64,000 nucleotides of DNA from Veleropilina oligotropha (taxonomy: Eukaryota): the NCBI GenBank assembly GCA_048128005.1, contig JBEUKZ010000127.1:372001-436000 (forward strand). The letters are read 5' to 3'. Made by a program: the position numbers and the translations under genes. Of this stretch, positions 12,789 to 25,933 are shown one piece after another. Position 1 is the stretch's first letter, and each line of letters begins with the position of its first letter. The notes under the pieces were generated by a model, which did no database searches, was not told the origin of the DNA, and worked only from the letters and a program-made list of their open reading frames with translations.

Positions 12789-15700
12789 CCGGGTGTCCCG
12801 TCTGCGATATGGCCGGGTGTCCCGTCTGCGATATGGCCGGGTGTCCCGTCTGCGATATGGCCGGGCGTCCCGTCTGCGATATGGCCGGGCGTCCCGTCTG
12901 CGATATGGCCGGGCGTCCCGTCTGCGATATGGCCGGGTGTCCCGTCTGCGATATGGCCGGGTGTCCCGTCTGCGATATGGCCGGGTGACCCGTCTGCGAT
13001 ATGGCCGGGCGTCCCGTCTGCGATATGGCCGGGTGTCCCGTCTGCGATATGGCCGGGCGTCCCGTCTGCGATATGGCCGGGTGTCCCGTCTGCGATATGG
13101 CCGGGTGTCCCGTCTGCGATATGGCCGGGTGTCCCGTCTGCGATATGGCCGGGTGTCCCGTCTGCGATATGGCCGGGTGTCCCGTCTGCGATATGGCCGG
13201 GTGTCCCGTCTGCGATATGGCCGGGTGTCCCGTCTGCGATATGGCCGGGTGTCCCGTCTGCGATATGACCCGGTGTCCCGTCTGCGATATGGCCGGGTGT
13301 CCCGTCTGCGATATGGCCGGGTGTCCCGTCTGCGATATGGCCGGGCGTCCCGTCTGCGATATGGCCGGGTGTCCCGTCTGCGATATGGCCGGGCGTCCCG
13401 TCTGCGATATGGCCGGGTGTCCCGTCTGCGATATGGCCGGGTGTCCCGTCTGCGATATGGCCGGGTGTCCCGTCTGCGATATGGCCGGGTGTCCCGTCTG
13501 CGATATGGCCGGGTGTCCCGTCTGCGATATGACCCGGGTGTCCCGTCTGCGATATGGCCGGGTGTCCCGTCTGCGATATGGCCGGGTGTCCCGTCTGCGA
13601 TATGGCCGGGCGTCCCGTCTGCGATATGGCCGGGTGTCCCGTCTGCGATATGGCCGGGCGTCCCGTCTGCGATATGGCCGGGTGTCCCGTCTGCGATATG
13701 GCCGGGTGCCCCGTCTGCGATATGGCCGGGTGTCCCGTCTGCGATATGGCCGGGTGTCCCATCTGCGATATGGCCGGGTGTCCCGTCTGCGATATGGCCG
13801 GGTGTCCCGTCTGCGATATGGCCGGGTGTCCCGTCTGCGATATGGCCGGGTGTCCCGTCTGCGATATGGCCGGGTGTCCCGTCTGCGATATGGCCGGGTG
13901 TCCCGTCTGCGATATGGCCGGGTGTCCCGTCTGCGATATGGCCGGGTGTCCCGTCTGCGATATGGCCGGGTGTCCCGTCTGCGATATGGCCGGGTGTCCC
14001 GTCTGCGATATGGCCGGGTGTCCCATCTGCGATATGGCCGGGTGTCCCGTCTGCGATATGGCCGGGTGTCCCGTCTGCGATATGGCCGGGTGTCCCGTCT
14101 GCGATATGGCCGGGTGTCCCGTCTGCGATATGGCCGGGTGTCCCGTCTGCGATATGGCCGGGTGTCCCGTCTGCGATATGGCCGGGTGTCCCGTCTGCGA
14201 TATGGCCGGGTGTCCCGTCTGCGATATGGCCGGGTGTCCCATCTGCGATATGGCCGGGTGTCCCGTCTGCGATATGGCCGGGTGTCCCGTCTGCGATATG
14301 GCCGGGTGTCCCGTCTGCGATATGGCCGGGTGTCCCGTCTGCGATATGGCCGGGCGTCCCGTCTGCGATATGGCCGGGCGTCCCGTCTGCGATATGGCCG
14401 GGCGTCCCGTCTGCGATATGGCCGGGCGTCCCGTCTGCGATATGGCCCGGCGTCCCGTCTGCGATATGGCCGGGTGTCCCGTCTGCGATATGGCCGGGTG
14501 TCCCGTCTGCGATATGGCCGGGTGTCCCGTCTGCGATATGGCCGGGTGTCCCGTCTGCGATATGGCCGGGTGTCCCGTCTGCGATATGGCCGGGTGTCCC
14601 GTCTGCGATATGGCCGGGTGTCCCGTCTGCGATATGGCCGGGTGTCCCGTCTGCGATATGGCCGGGTGTCCCGTCTGCGATATGGCCGGGTGTCCCGTCT
14701 GCGATATGGCCGGGTGTCCCGTCTGCGATATGGCCGGGTGTCCCGTCTGCGATATGGCCGGGTGTCCCGTCTGCGATATGGCCGGGTGTCCCGTCTGCGA
14801 TATGGCCGGGCGTCCCGTCTGCGATATGGCCGGGTGTCCCGTCTGCGATATGGCCGGGTGTCCCGTCTGCGATATGGCCGGGTGTCCCGTCTGCGATATG
14901 GCCGGGCGTCCCGTCTGCGATATGGCCGGGCGTCCCGTCTGCGATATGGCCGGGCGTCCCGTCTGCGATATGGCCGGGTGTCCCGTCTGCGATATGGCCG
15001 GGCGTCCCGTCTGCGATATGGCCGGGTGTCCCGTCTGCGATATGGCCGGGTGTCCCGTCTGCGATATGGCCGGGTGTCCCGTCTGCGATATGGCCGGGTG
15101 TCCCGTCTGCGATATGGCCGGGTGTCCCGTCTGCGATATGGCCGGGTGTCCCGTCTGCGATATGGCCGGGTGTCCCATCTGCGATATGGCCGGGCGTCCC
15201 GTCTGCGATATGGCCGGGTGTCCCGTCTGCGATATGGCCGGGTGTCCCGTCTGCGATATGGCCGGGTGTCCCGTCTGCGATATGGCCGGGTGTCCCGTCT
15301 GCGATATGGCCGGGTGTCCCGTCTGCGATATGGCCGGGTGTCCCGTCTGCGATATGGCCGGGCCTCCCGTCTGCGATATGGCCGGGCGTCCCGTCTGCGA
15401 TATGGCCGGGCGTCCCGTCTGCGATATGGCCGGGTGTCCCGTCTGCGATATGGCCGGGCGTCCCGTCTGCGATATGGCCGGGTGTCCCGTCTGCGATATG
15501 GCCGGGTGTCCCGTCTGCGATATGGCCGGGTGTCCCGTCTGCGATATGGCCGGGTGTCCCGTCTGCGGTATGGCCGGGTGTCCCGTCTGCGATATGGCCG
15601 GGTGTCCCGTCTGCGATATGGCCGGGTGTCCCGTCTGCGATATGGCCGGGTGTCCCGTCTGCGATATGGCCGGGTGTCCCGTCTGCGATATGACCGGGTG

Positions 15701-18046
15701 TCCCGTCTGCGATATGGCCGGGTGTCCCGTCTGCGATATGGCCGGGTGTCCCGTCTGCGATATGGCCGGGTGTCCCGTCTGCGATATGGCCGGGTGTCCC
15801 GTCTGCGATATGGCCGGGTGTCCCGTCTGCGATATGGCCGGGTGTCCCGTCTGCGATATGGCCGGGTGTCCCGTCTGCGATATGGCCGGGTGTCCCGTCT
15901 GCGATATGGCCGGGTGTCCCGTCTGCGATATGGCCGGGTGTCCCGTCTGCGATATGGCCGGGCGTCCCGTCTGCGATATGGCCGGCGTCCCGTCTGCGAT
16001 ATGGCCGGGTGTCCCGTCTGCGATATGGCCGGGTGTCCCGTCTGCGATATGGCCGGGTGTCCCGTCTGCGATATGGCCGGGCGTCCCGTCTGCGATATGG
16101 CCGGGTGCCCCGTCTGCGATATGGCCGGGTGTCCCGTCTGCGATATGGCCGGGTGTCCCGTCTGCGATATGGCCGGGTGTCCCGTCTGCGATATGGCCGG
16201 GTGTCCCGTCTGCGATATGGCCGGGTGTCCCGTCTGCGATATGGCCGGGTGTCCCGTCTGCGATATGGCCGGGTGTCCCGTCTGCGATATGGCCGGGTGT
16301 CCCGTCTGCGATATGGCCGGGTGTCCCGTCTGCGATATGGCCGGGTGTCCCGTCTGCGATATGGCCGGGTGTCCCGTCTGCGATATGGCCGGGTGTCCCG
16401 TCTGCGATATGGCCGGGTGTCCCGTCTGCGATATGGCCGGGTGTCCCGTCTGCGATATGGCCGGGCATCCCGTCTGCGATATGGCCGGGTGTCCCGTCTG
16501 CGATATGGCCGGGCGTCCCGTCTGCGATATGGCCGGGTGTCCCGTCTGCGATATGGCCGGGTGTCCCGTCTGCGATATGGCCGGGCGTCCCGTCTGCGAT
16601 ATGGCCGGGTGTCCCGTCTGCGATATGGCCGGCGTCCCGTCTGCGATATGGCCGGGTGTCCCGTCTGCGATATGGCCGGGTGTCCCGTCTGCGATATGGC
16701 CGGGCGTCCCGTCTGCGATATGGCCAGGTGTCCCGTCTGCGATATGGCCGGGCGTCCCGTCTGCGATATGGCCGGGTGTCCCGTCTGCGATATGGCCGGG
16801 TGTCCCGTCTGCGATATGGCTGGGTGTCCCGTCTGCGATATGGCCGGGTGTCCCATCTGCGATATGGCCGGGTGTCCCGTCTGCGATATGGCCGGGTGTC
16901 CCGTCTGCGATATGGCCGGGTGTCCCGTCTGCGATATGGCCGGGTGTCCCGTCTGCGATATGGCCGGGTGTCCCGTCTGCGATATGGCCGGGTGTCCCGT
17001 CTGCGATATGGCCGGGTGTCCCGTCTGCGATATGGCCGGGTGTCCCGTCTGAGATATGGCCGGGTGTCCCGTCTGCGATATGGCCGGGTGTCCCGTCTGC
17101 GATATGGCCGGGTGTCCCGTCTGCGATATGGCCGGGTGTCCCGTCTGCGATATGGCCGGGTGTCCCGTCTGCGATATGGCCGGGTGTCCCGTCTGCGATA
17201 TGGCCGGGTGTCCCGTCTGCGATATGGCCGGGTGTCCCGTCTGCGATATGGCCGGGTGTCCCGTCTGCGATATGGCCGGGTGTCCCGTCTGCGATATGGC
17301 CGGGTGTCCCGTCTGCGATATGGCCGGGTGTCCCGTCTGCGATATGGCCGGGTGTCCCGTCTGCGATATGGCCGGGTGTCCCGTCTGCGATATGGCCGGG
17401 CGTCCCGTCTGCGATATGGCCGGGCGTCCCGTCTGCGATATGGCCGGGCGTCCCGTCTGCGATATGGCCGGGCGTCCCGTCTGCGATATGGCCGGGCGTC
17501 CCGTCTGCGATATGGCCGGGCGTCCCGTCTGCGATATGGCCGGGTGTCCCGTCTGCGATATGGCCGGGTGTCCCGTCTGCGATATGGCCGGGTGTCCCGT
17601 CTGCGATATGGCCGGGTGTCCCGTCTGCGATATGGCCGGGTGTCCCGTCTGCGATATGGCCGGGTGTCCCGTCTGCGATATGGCCGGGTGTCCCGTCTGC
17701 GATATGGCCGGGTGTCCCGTCTGCGATATGGCCGGGTGTCCCGTCTGCGATATGGCCGGGTGTCCCGTCTGCGATATGGCCGGGTGTCCCGTCTGCGATA
17801 TGGCCGGGTGTCCTGTCTGCGATATGGCCGGGTGTCCCGTCTGCGATATGGCCGGGTGTCCCGTCTGCGATATGGCCGGGTGTCCCGTCTGCGATATGGC
17901 CGGGTGTCCCGTCTGCGATATGGCCGGGTGTCCCGTCTGCGATATGGCCGGGTGTCCCGTCTGCGATATGGCCGGGTGTCCCGTCTGCGATATGGCCGGG
18001 TGTCCCGTCTGCGATATGGCCGGGCGTCCCGTCTGCGATATGGCCG
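12789..18046. repeat. 24-bp GC-rich minisatellite (CCGGGTGTCCCGTCTGCGATATGG)n, ~219 copies
   Basis: Directly visible; 16/24 G+C. Common T/C variant (gggtgt/gggcgt) and rare 1-bp indels. Stop-free in all frames, which produces the giant 8-aa-repeat ORFs. Confidence 0.99.
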
Positions 18047-18175
18047 AAAACTTGCCAAAAAATGGTCGTAAAACAAAGTTACCAAGTTACCGGCTACATT
18101 TACGAAGCAGGTCCTCAATGCAACAGTTAGCAAACAATGTCGAACTCATGTTACAAATAATGCATTTATTTACTA

Positions 18176-18210
<35 letters not shown>

Positions 18211-19528
18211 GCATGACGAACACTCCCAATGTGTTCAGTTGATTGTGCATGTCGTAACATTTTTTTGCCTGACGCGATCGACATAGACGACAGAAGTACC
18301 TGTGCTCTGATTGTACCGTTTGCAATAAATTAATATTATATTTAGTAACTGGGGAAATTGTTAGCAGCATAACTTTGGGTAAACGTAAATATTATCTATA
18401 TTATGTAACAATGATCGTGATAATAGTTAAAAACTGATTCAGACACTAATATTTCTAGATTATTGTAAATAACATAGGTTCGGGTAACATAAACATTGCA
18501 ACATGTGATAGTCATTTTGATATTGTGATTTAGGCACTACATGAATGACAGCGAGACGTGATGCGTAGGAATGTATCCAATCTCACAACTAAGTCATAGA
18601 ATAATAATGCATGCGCTATAGATAAAACACTATTATGAGTCGATATATTAAGTTTTCATCTTTTCGTAAACAGAGTTCTTTACCCAGTTTTCTTAATTGG
18701 GCTCAGAGAGAAAGCTTTCTTTTTGGTCATGCGATAGATTTCACTTGGGGAATAATCTCCCTTGATTAACATAACCATATGATATTGCGTAAACGATCCA
18801 AGAAAATAATTTAGTTGATTTAATTGTATTTATCGCGATCTACATACTGGATATTCATTTGCCAATCACCGTAGACTGTATCAGTGACCAAATGGGTTTA
18901 ATGGACGTTCAAAATTCACCAGTACTGATTATTTTCGAAAGATATATGCCCCAATAGTGTTATAAATTTAGTGACGAACAATATTTAACACATTTTTTTA
19001 TCTTATAGACACAAAACAAGTGTTGAGTTAACCCCTAACCTCAGCATCGCCTCACACTGCGTCTCATTCTATGAATTTCCTGAAAAAGTAGGAAAATATA
19101 TATATAAATACCGGTAAATCACCAAACATTATCTAAAAATAAATATTCACCGATATTTTCTACATTAAAAAAACAATAACATTAAAATAAGAACACTGTT
19201 ATTATTCTCTTATTTTATTTTGTTTTGTTTCATGGTGATCTATTTTGGAATTAAATTAATTTGCAATGCATTATATGATGCACTGAAATGCATTGCATTT
19301 TGTAACTATGGTAGGTCTACAAATTCTACATTTTAATTATATACACATTTTCATAAGCAGAAAATATATGATGTGAAACTTCTTACATATACTGAAACTT
19401 GGTTTAGCGGTTACTCCAAGTACTTCTTATATATAATCTTGATCGCGTGCAATGAAATCTCCGGACATTTAGTTCAACGTCTTCTTCGAGGCGAGAATCA
19501 TAATACAATCTCTGTATTTGCGTCTCAT

Positions 19529-21547
19529 TTAAAACAACCGTAGCCTTCTGCTCCAAAGATGGTGACCATCAATCTAATAATATGCACCCGCAATTAATTA
19601 TTTTTGAGAAATAACCCATAGGTGCTAACCTGTGTTTCTTCGTCGTCTGGAAGATCAGCACATGGTCCATTGTAAGCCACATGCACGCTATTACGTGTTC
19701 TATGTAGTTAGAATAAAAGTAAACATGTAATATAATAAACAAAATTCTCCATATAAATCTACCTATATATCTTTAAATGATGCACAATGTATCTTCTTTC
19801 AAACAGCATTCAGCTGCCAAAAGATTCATACGCTTTGATGGGTTTCGGATATGTGCAATATGTACTATAATATTGTTTCCAAAACTCTTATTTTAGCTAG
19901 ATGTGAAAAAAACAACAGTAAAACCCGACCTTGTGCATATACAATCTTAACAGTTCATGTTGACCATTTCATAACATAATTATTAGGTATATGTTGAATA
20001 ATATCAGCATCTTTATTTTTCACTTACTCTACTTACATATGTAGCTTATCATTAGTTCAAATTGTGATCAAAATTTAAATCGCAATTTCGTTAAACTTCG
20101 GATTTTATTCCGGCTATTTGCATCAATAAGTATTTGGTCTTGTTGGAATCTTTATTTGCAATCTTACCCTCTCCCTAACCACAACCCTTCTCTTTTTCAA
20201 ACTTGGATATGCCATTGCCCCATCCGAGACTCAATCACACCTCTGTTAGACAGAGCGGTAATGACAGTAAATTCCGAGTCTCCACATGGAACCACGCGAC
20301 TACCGGACCGGCTTTGTAGTTCAGTGAACAACGCCGTTTAAATAATATCCATTGCTAAGCCATTTTCATAAATAAAGTGACCATATGGTTATAACGGAAT
20401 GTAATAGTGAGGACTGGTGCTAACGCCCGCAATACCTTTCCTTTGCGTGATATTCCACGATCGTTGCGTCAAAATACCGAAATTGTATCCATTATTTTAT
20501 AATTTTCCGGTCTATAAAATATCCACTCAACGATTGCTACATAAGTACTAATGGTGAATGTGTTCAAGACATTATGCATAAACAGACATACGTACCTGCA
20601 ATTATGCAAATGTAACCAGCAATGCGTTGCATAAGTTATGCCGTCGGAGCCACACACCGGATCGTAACACTTCTGGAATTTACATATGTTTTCACACAAA
20701 TCAACTAATGGTGTAGATAGAGCAGCACAAACTGTAATTAATATATAACGGTACTTAAATAACAAATCTTAAATTATATAATAATTCACTTGTTTATTAC
20801 ATACTTAATTGTATCTGCATATTTAGACAGATATCTAGTTTGCATTTTGTGCTGCACTAATAAATTTAACATGTAATTTTGACTAACTAAGCACAAAATT
20901 ATATAAACATTGCATGATCTGGATCGAAGCCCGATCGATCTGTACAACCCACCAGCACCAGGCAGCTTTTGACAAATGTGAGGGCTAACTGGATAAACTG
21001 CATTGTTGAACATTCGAGATCCGAGTGAGTGAATTGTCGGCCACGCTCTTGTCCAATATCGGGCGGCCCGATAAATCGAAAATAAAAGAAGTCCAATATA
21101 AAATGCAAATGTTTGAAAATCCGACATGAAATAAAAGGACTGCGCCATTTCGCCATCTATAACGAAAATTTGTCGTGTTTTCCCCTACTCAACGAAAGTA
21201 AGATTCCGATCAAATCCCATTTATGGTGATTTTCTCCATGCAAGGGAATAAACATATATGTGTCTCAGATAATCCAGTCGCTCTGAATCGGCACATATTG
21301 ACATCGACATGAATTGTCATTATGGTAATCATGATATTTTGCCCGCGTAGTGACTCAAAGGCATTCAGACGTTGAGGTGGTATTTTGAGTGATGGGGGAA
21401 TGTAATTGTCAATTTGTGAGAAAGCATGTGCATGGACTATATACACACATCCTTAAATAACATTTACAATTTGAAATTATCCACATTATACATACATATG
21501 CGTTACATACCTGCAATAAATGCGAAGAAACATGCAAGGTTCCGCAT
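19529..21547 (-). CDS. secreted single-domain Kazal-type protease-inhibitor-like protein (~95 aa, 4 exons)
   Basis: Exons 21547-21511, 20731-20596, 19699-19630 and 19573-19529 are all GT-AG and phase-compatible. Product: MRNLACFFAFIAVCAALSTPLVDLCENICKFQKCYDPVCGSDGITYATHCWLHLHNCRTRNSVHVAYNGPCADLPDDEETQIDGHHLWSRRLRLF*. Signal peptide, PVCGSDGxTY and VAYxGxC Kazal motifs. The last exon (56-nt intron) is less certain. Confidence 0.9.
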
Positions 21548-22623
21548 GACACGTTTTCGGTAGGTACAGTACGGACTTTGTTTTAACGATTTGAGATTAG
21601 ATATGTAAAAACAGTATTAATCAAATAGCGATAATCATATACGATAACACACTAACCACGGCACGATGGAACGCGGACAGGTGTTTAGAGATCGTAACCT
21701 CTTATTGTATTATAAAATCGCAAGCGCATAGAGTTGAAACTGTGTACTTAGCTTAGTATCTCTACAGTGTACTGTATTATGCACAGTATTTACATTTAAA
21801 CACTTATTATAGATTAACAACGTATATAATATGCTATTAAATGTCTTTTCTGCAAATCGCTTTAATCTAACTGTGCTTCATTATTTGATACTATACTTGG
21901 ATTGCCACCATGTGTACTCTCCACACAATTATCTTGACAATGGCTTCTCGCGCCAACCAGCTAAAGTATATGACGTGAAAGGGCCAATTATCCTTGATAG
22001 CACCATCAACAGAATGAAAACTATAAATCATGCATCCAACGAATATCCAATTTTAAACGAAACAGGTTATAATTACAGGTAAAAGCCCTGGATTTCGCAA
22101 ATATATAGCATTGTTACACCTGATTGCATAATTAAATAGATACCGTACAAAAAACGAAACGGCATCGGAATATTATATTAACGTGAGTTTTTTCTCGTGT
22201 GAATATTCTCAATAATATTCTAAATATTCCCAGACGCCCTTTCCTTTTATAGAGTATACCTATAGACTTGATGTAAAAATAAAAAACCCTGTAAAGGCGA
22301 ATGTAAAGTATCCAGTTTACATTGCAGTCCAATAATCGCAGATAGCAATACACATGCTTAAAACATTTATGTGACGTCATCTATTTTTCAGGGCAGTTGT
22401 TTATTCTGCCTATTAAATCATAGAACATTAGCTTTCTTTACGCAGAAGTGCATTATCTTCTGGCCATTCAACTAATACACTCCAATTAAAAAATCTCGTT
22501 CAACTAATCCATCCAATTACAGACCCTATTTAACTATTTCACTCCCATTAACTTCAATAGAGGCACAGGTGACTATTGTGCAATAATGACATAAACTACT
22601 CGTTAGCCTTGAATAGTTTATAT

Positions 22624-22855
22624 GCCGCCGTGGCTCAGTTGTAGCGCACTGGCCTCTCGTGCCCCGGTTCACCCAGCCGATCTGAGATCTAAATGGGTAC
22701 CAAGGTGGTTGGCAGTGTCAGAATGACAGGTCAAGCAGGCATATACTTTACCGTAATAATCTCAGAGAGAGTTGAGAAGGAATAATAGTATAAGCGCTTC
22801 GAGCATGCATTCGTGTGCGATGAAGCGCAGATAAATCGATCACATTATTATTATT
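22624..22855 (+). mobile_element. tRNA-derived SINE with Nin/Deu-like core and L2-like 3' tail (internally deleted)
   Basis: A-box head gccgccgtggctcagttgtagcgc, core ttcacccagcc...taaatgggtacc, tail aagcgcttcgag...gaagcgcagataaat...(tta)n. Confidence 0.65.
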
Positions 22856-23301
22856 AGTTGAGCCGTTTACGGAGAAACTATTGTATTGAGGCTGTATGTC
22901 TCTCTGTGTGGTGGTGTATGTCCACGATGACTTTACATGGCTCAACTATGCTTCCGCTTGGATGCGCTTGTTAGTTCGCCGTTTACGGAGAAACTATTGT
23001 ATTGAGGCTGTCCGTGTGTCTGTCTGTGTGTGCGGTGGTGGTGTATGTCCACGATGACTTTACATGGCATAACATGGTCAATTCAAAACATATAGCCACG
23101 AAACTTCATATATATGATATATGAGTGGATATCTAACTACTGATTGACTTATGAGGTCAAAGTTCAAGGTCACCAAAGTCAAATAAGTGTAAAATACATA
23201 AATAGACATATCTCTGGACTCGGTCAACCTAGGAAGATAAAATTAAGTTTATTGAGAGTGGGCACTGCGGCTCAACTATGCTTCCTCTCGGATGCGCTTG
23301 T
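22853..23301 (+). mobile_element. two adjacent HINE/Helentron-type non-autonomous elements (family 1); further copies at ~32891-32984, ~45281-45401, ~60343-60462
   Basis: Subterminal inverted repeats agttgagccg / (c)ggctcaact, internal (ctgt)n microsatellite, 3' end ...gatgcgcttgtt, insertion in T-rich sites. Confidence 0.65.
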
Positions 23302-24108
23302 TATTATTAGTTTAGAGAATAAACTCCTGTCTCGGGCCTCACGGTCCTCGACAGGAGTGTATTCTCTGATATGAACTATTCAAAGCTATCGAGTAGTTTA
23401 TCCCATACATACAGCCATGCATACATACGGAGTCTAATGCAATACCTTTTCGCCCGCGTAGGCGAGGTCAATATTTTAATATTCAGCAGGAGGCTATACA
23501 ATATACACCTACTATAAACGCACATTATATAATATAGGTCGTTAATAGTCACGTTATGAGCAAGCAATAAATAGTAAAGTTCTTATATTTTCAACGACTT
23601 TGTTCTTTCACGAGTAATTGTGCTGAAGGGGGTAACCAGTATATAAGAATAGATACACAGTTGCCAATGGTCAGACTTCTATTCTCGCCACCGCGTCGTT
23701 ACAATTGGTGTATATGCAAACAGATCGTGTAAAGTTTAAAGCGCCTTTATGTACTAGAGCAGTGGATTTTTTAACCTTATTCTGTTTGTTATATATTTGA
23801 AAGGCGTTCATAGAAAGTCACTTCTTGCCGATTAATAACTGGGAAAAGATGTGTTCTATTCCGATTATAATTGCGTTTATTGCTGCAACAGCATATGGTC
23901 GTATACCATGGTATTCGGATTGCAGCATTATGCCATCAAGGTGAGTAAAAGTATATAACTATTAATGAATATATGTGTGTTTGGCAAATGTCAATGTCAC
24001 AGAGTGCCACAACTTTTTTGTAGCCTGAACTCTTTCCCGGTTGAAGAGAGTGGGCATAAAATTATAACATAATTATGTGCTCAGTTTTAGATGAGTTCCA
24101 GGATTTAT

Positions 24109-24790
24109 TCAGATGTATGACCTGTTCAAAAGATACTCCAAATGTCCACTGGAGCATTGTAAGCATATTTGAAAAATGCGGGAAAAATTGTCTATCACGC
24201 GTACACATTCATGAAGACGGATTGCTCTGGTCCTTGCTGTGATTGCTCTCTTCATCTGGGGATGATTTTCATATACATTGTCTTTCAAGTAACCTCGGAG
24301 ATTAAATCTGGGAATTGTGCAAGGTAAGCCGGTATCCACATTTCTGTCTTAGCCACTGTAGCGTGTTATTGGATGAGCTAGGAGTAGCCACATCTTGTTC
24401 GAACCAGTATGCATTCGTTGTAATGACATTCCAGCCTGATATCTTCGGAATAACGTCTTATTAGGACTACGACTCATTGAAATCCTTTATCTCCGATAGC
24501 GTTTCCTTTAGTATTGTATTTCTTAACAGTTCCATGCTCTGAAGGTGAGTTCTTTGGTAGGAAAAGTACGGCAATTAAATGTTTCCTTAAATGTACGTGA
24601 ACGGTTTGAAACGATTTGGTTTCAAAGTGAGTCTCTACAGAAAATGATTTTTGTTGAAGGGTTCAAGGGTTCATGAAAATCTCTTTATTCTAATCTGGTA
24701 GGCAAACATCTATCGATTAAGTCTAAAATATGTAAGCTTTAGTTAACACCATTACAGTTACATGGGTTGCATTTTTATTGGGTCACCCAG
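24109..24790 (-). mobile_element. decayed Tc1/mariner (Tc3-like) transposon remnant
   Basis: LRGYLKDNVY...VIDNFSR...CLQCSSGHLEYLL C-terminus, WFEQDVATP (WFQQDGAxxH-like) near 24390-24410, and a TIR-like ctgggtgacccaataaaaatgcaacccat at ~24760-24790 on the minus strand. Confidence 0.75.
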
Positions 24791-25029
24791 TTGTTGCAAT
24801 ATAACGAATGGACCATTTCATGAATATGGAGGAAACAATTACTATGTTCATCTTGAATAATTTGGCGTTTTGACATGCTTGGTTATTTCCGCGTGTACAA
24901 ACTATGCGTGCAACGCTTAAAGCGTAGCCTCGATTACAGAGATTCTATCCGATCGGTGTTGTGGTGTATAGAGGGTGGAGGGGGGGGGGGGGGTGATGCT
25001 TAATATCCTGTATATTTACAACATCGAGG

Positions 25030-25233
25030 TTCAAGGCAGGACATGTCCGTGTTCTCGCGGGAGGAAACCCCGGTCGCCCGGGTAAACCCGCCAGTCGCGG
25101 ACAACCGTGATTCATAACTTGAACAAATGTCAATGCCTCAGCCAGGTATTGAACCCACTACTGTTCGCATTAGCGGAATCAAGCCAGTGAATTTAGAGTG
25201 AACCCTCTTACCCCCTGCGCTGCCGAAGCGGCA
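25030..25233 (-). mobile_element. tRNA-derived SINE with V-SINE/Meta-like core; other copies at ~28130-28280(-), 35310-35527(-), 40051-40239(+), 47713-47931(-), 56662-56880(+), 62725-62942(-), diverged at ~27160-27310, ~43140-43310, ~58130-58300
   Basis: Head gccgcttcg...cag.ggta, B box gtgggttcaa/ggttcgaat, and core ggtttacccgggcgaccggggtttcctcc, all shared between dispersed copies. Confidence 0.75.
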
Positions 25234-25376
25234 TATAGAGGGTGGATCCCAATTCGCTCGGTGGTGTAGTGTATAGAGGGTGGGTCCCAATTCGCTCGGT
25301 GGTGTAGTGTATAGAGTGTGGATCCCAATTTGCTCGGTGGTGTAGTGTTATAGAGTGTGGATACCAATTCGCTCGC
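25234..25376. repeat. 38-bp tandem repeat, ~3.7 copies
   Basis: tatagagggtggatcccaattcgctcggtggtgtagtg is repeated. A related motif lies at ~24954-24980 on the other side of the SINE. Confidence 0.9.
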
Positions 25377-25933
25377 AGGACACTGATTAACATAGAGCGA
25401 TTTCGAATCATCGGTTGGATTAACATTTTATAAAATTCCATCTCTTTAAATTACTTGTGTTTATATTATATTTATATCACCGCAATCTTATTATTTTAAA
25501 GTTTACGTATTTTATTTAATTCCATGTACGTGTAAATACTGTCGTAATCTTTCATGTTGTTATCTCCACATTTATGTACCGGTAGCCATTAAAATATCCT
25601 TCTTTATTTTAAATATAGTACAACTTAGTATAATATAGTGGGTTCTTTCAATCAATAAGTACATGTGATGTTGTATTATTTTAAATATATTGCTCACTGA
25701 ATAATCTTTTTGTCGGTTATATGTCAGCATTGCACTTTTACCATCGGAACTTCTGATAGCTGTAATCTCGCTCTGTGCAATGAGATGGGCGGAAGGGCAG
25801 GATGGTCCCCCCAGTTTTTGTGTTAATGCAAGAGAAAAGCTCGGTATCCTGACAGACTAACATAAAGACAGACAAATTCCATTTAAATCGATGTTTCCGA
25901 ATCTTTATTTACAATATATGTCATGCATTGTAA

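Noticed and set aside
1..18046. CRISPR-like array interpretation of the tandem repeats
   Set aside because: No unique spacers and no cas genes; the context is eukaryotic with introns.
12627..18216. Giant ORFs of up to 1782 aa (GTPGHIAD, RPYRRRDT, CPVCDMAG repeats; metallothionein-like CxxC look)
   Set aside because: The 24-mer is stop-free in all six frames and 1-bp indels switch frames freely. Variation follows CpG decay rather than codon position.
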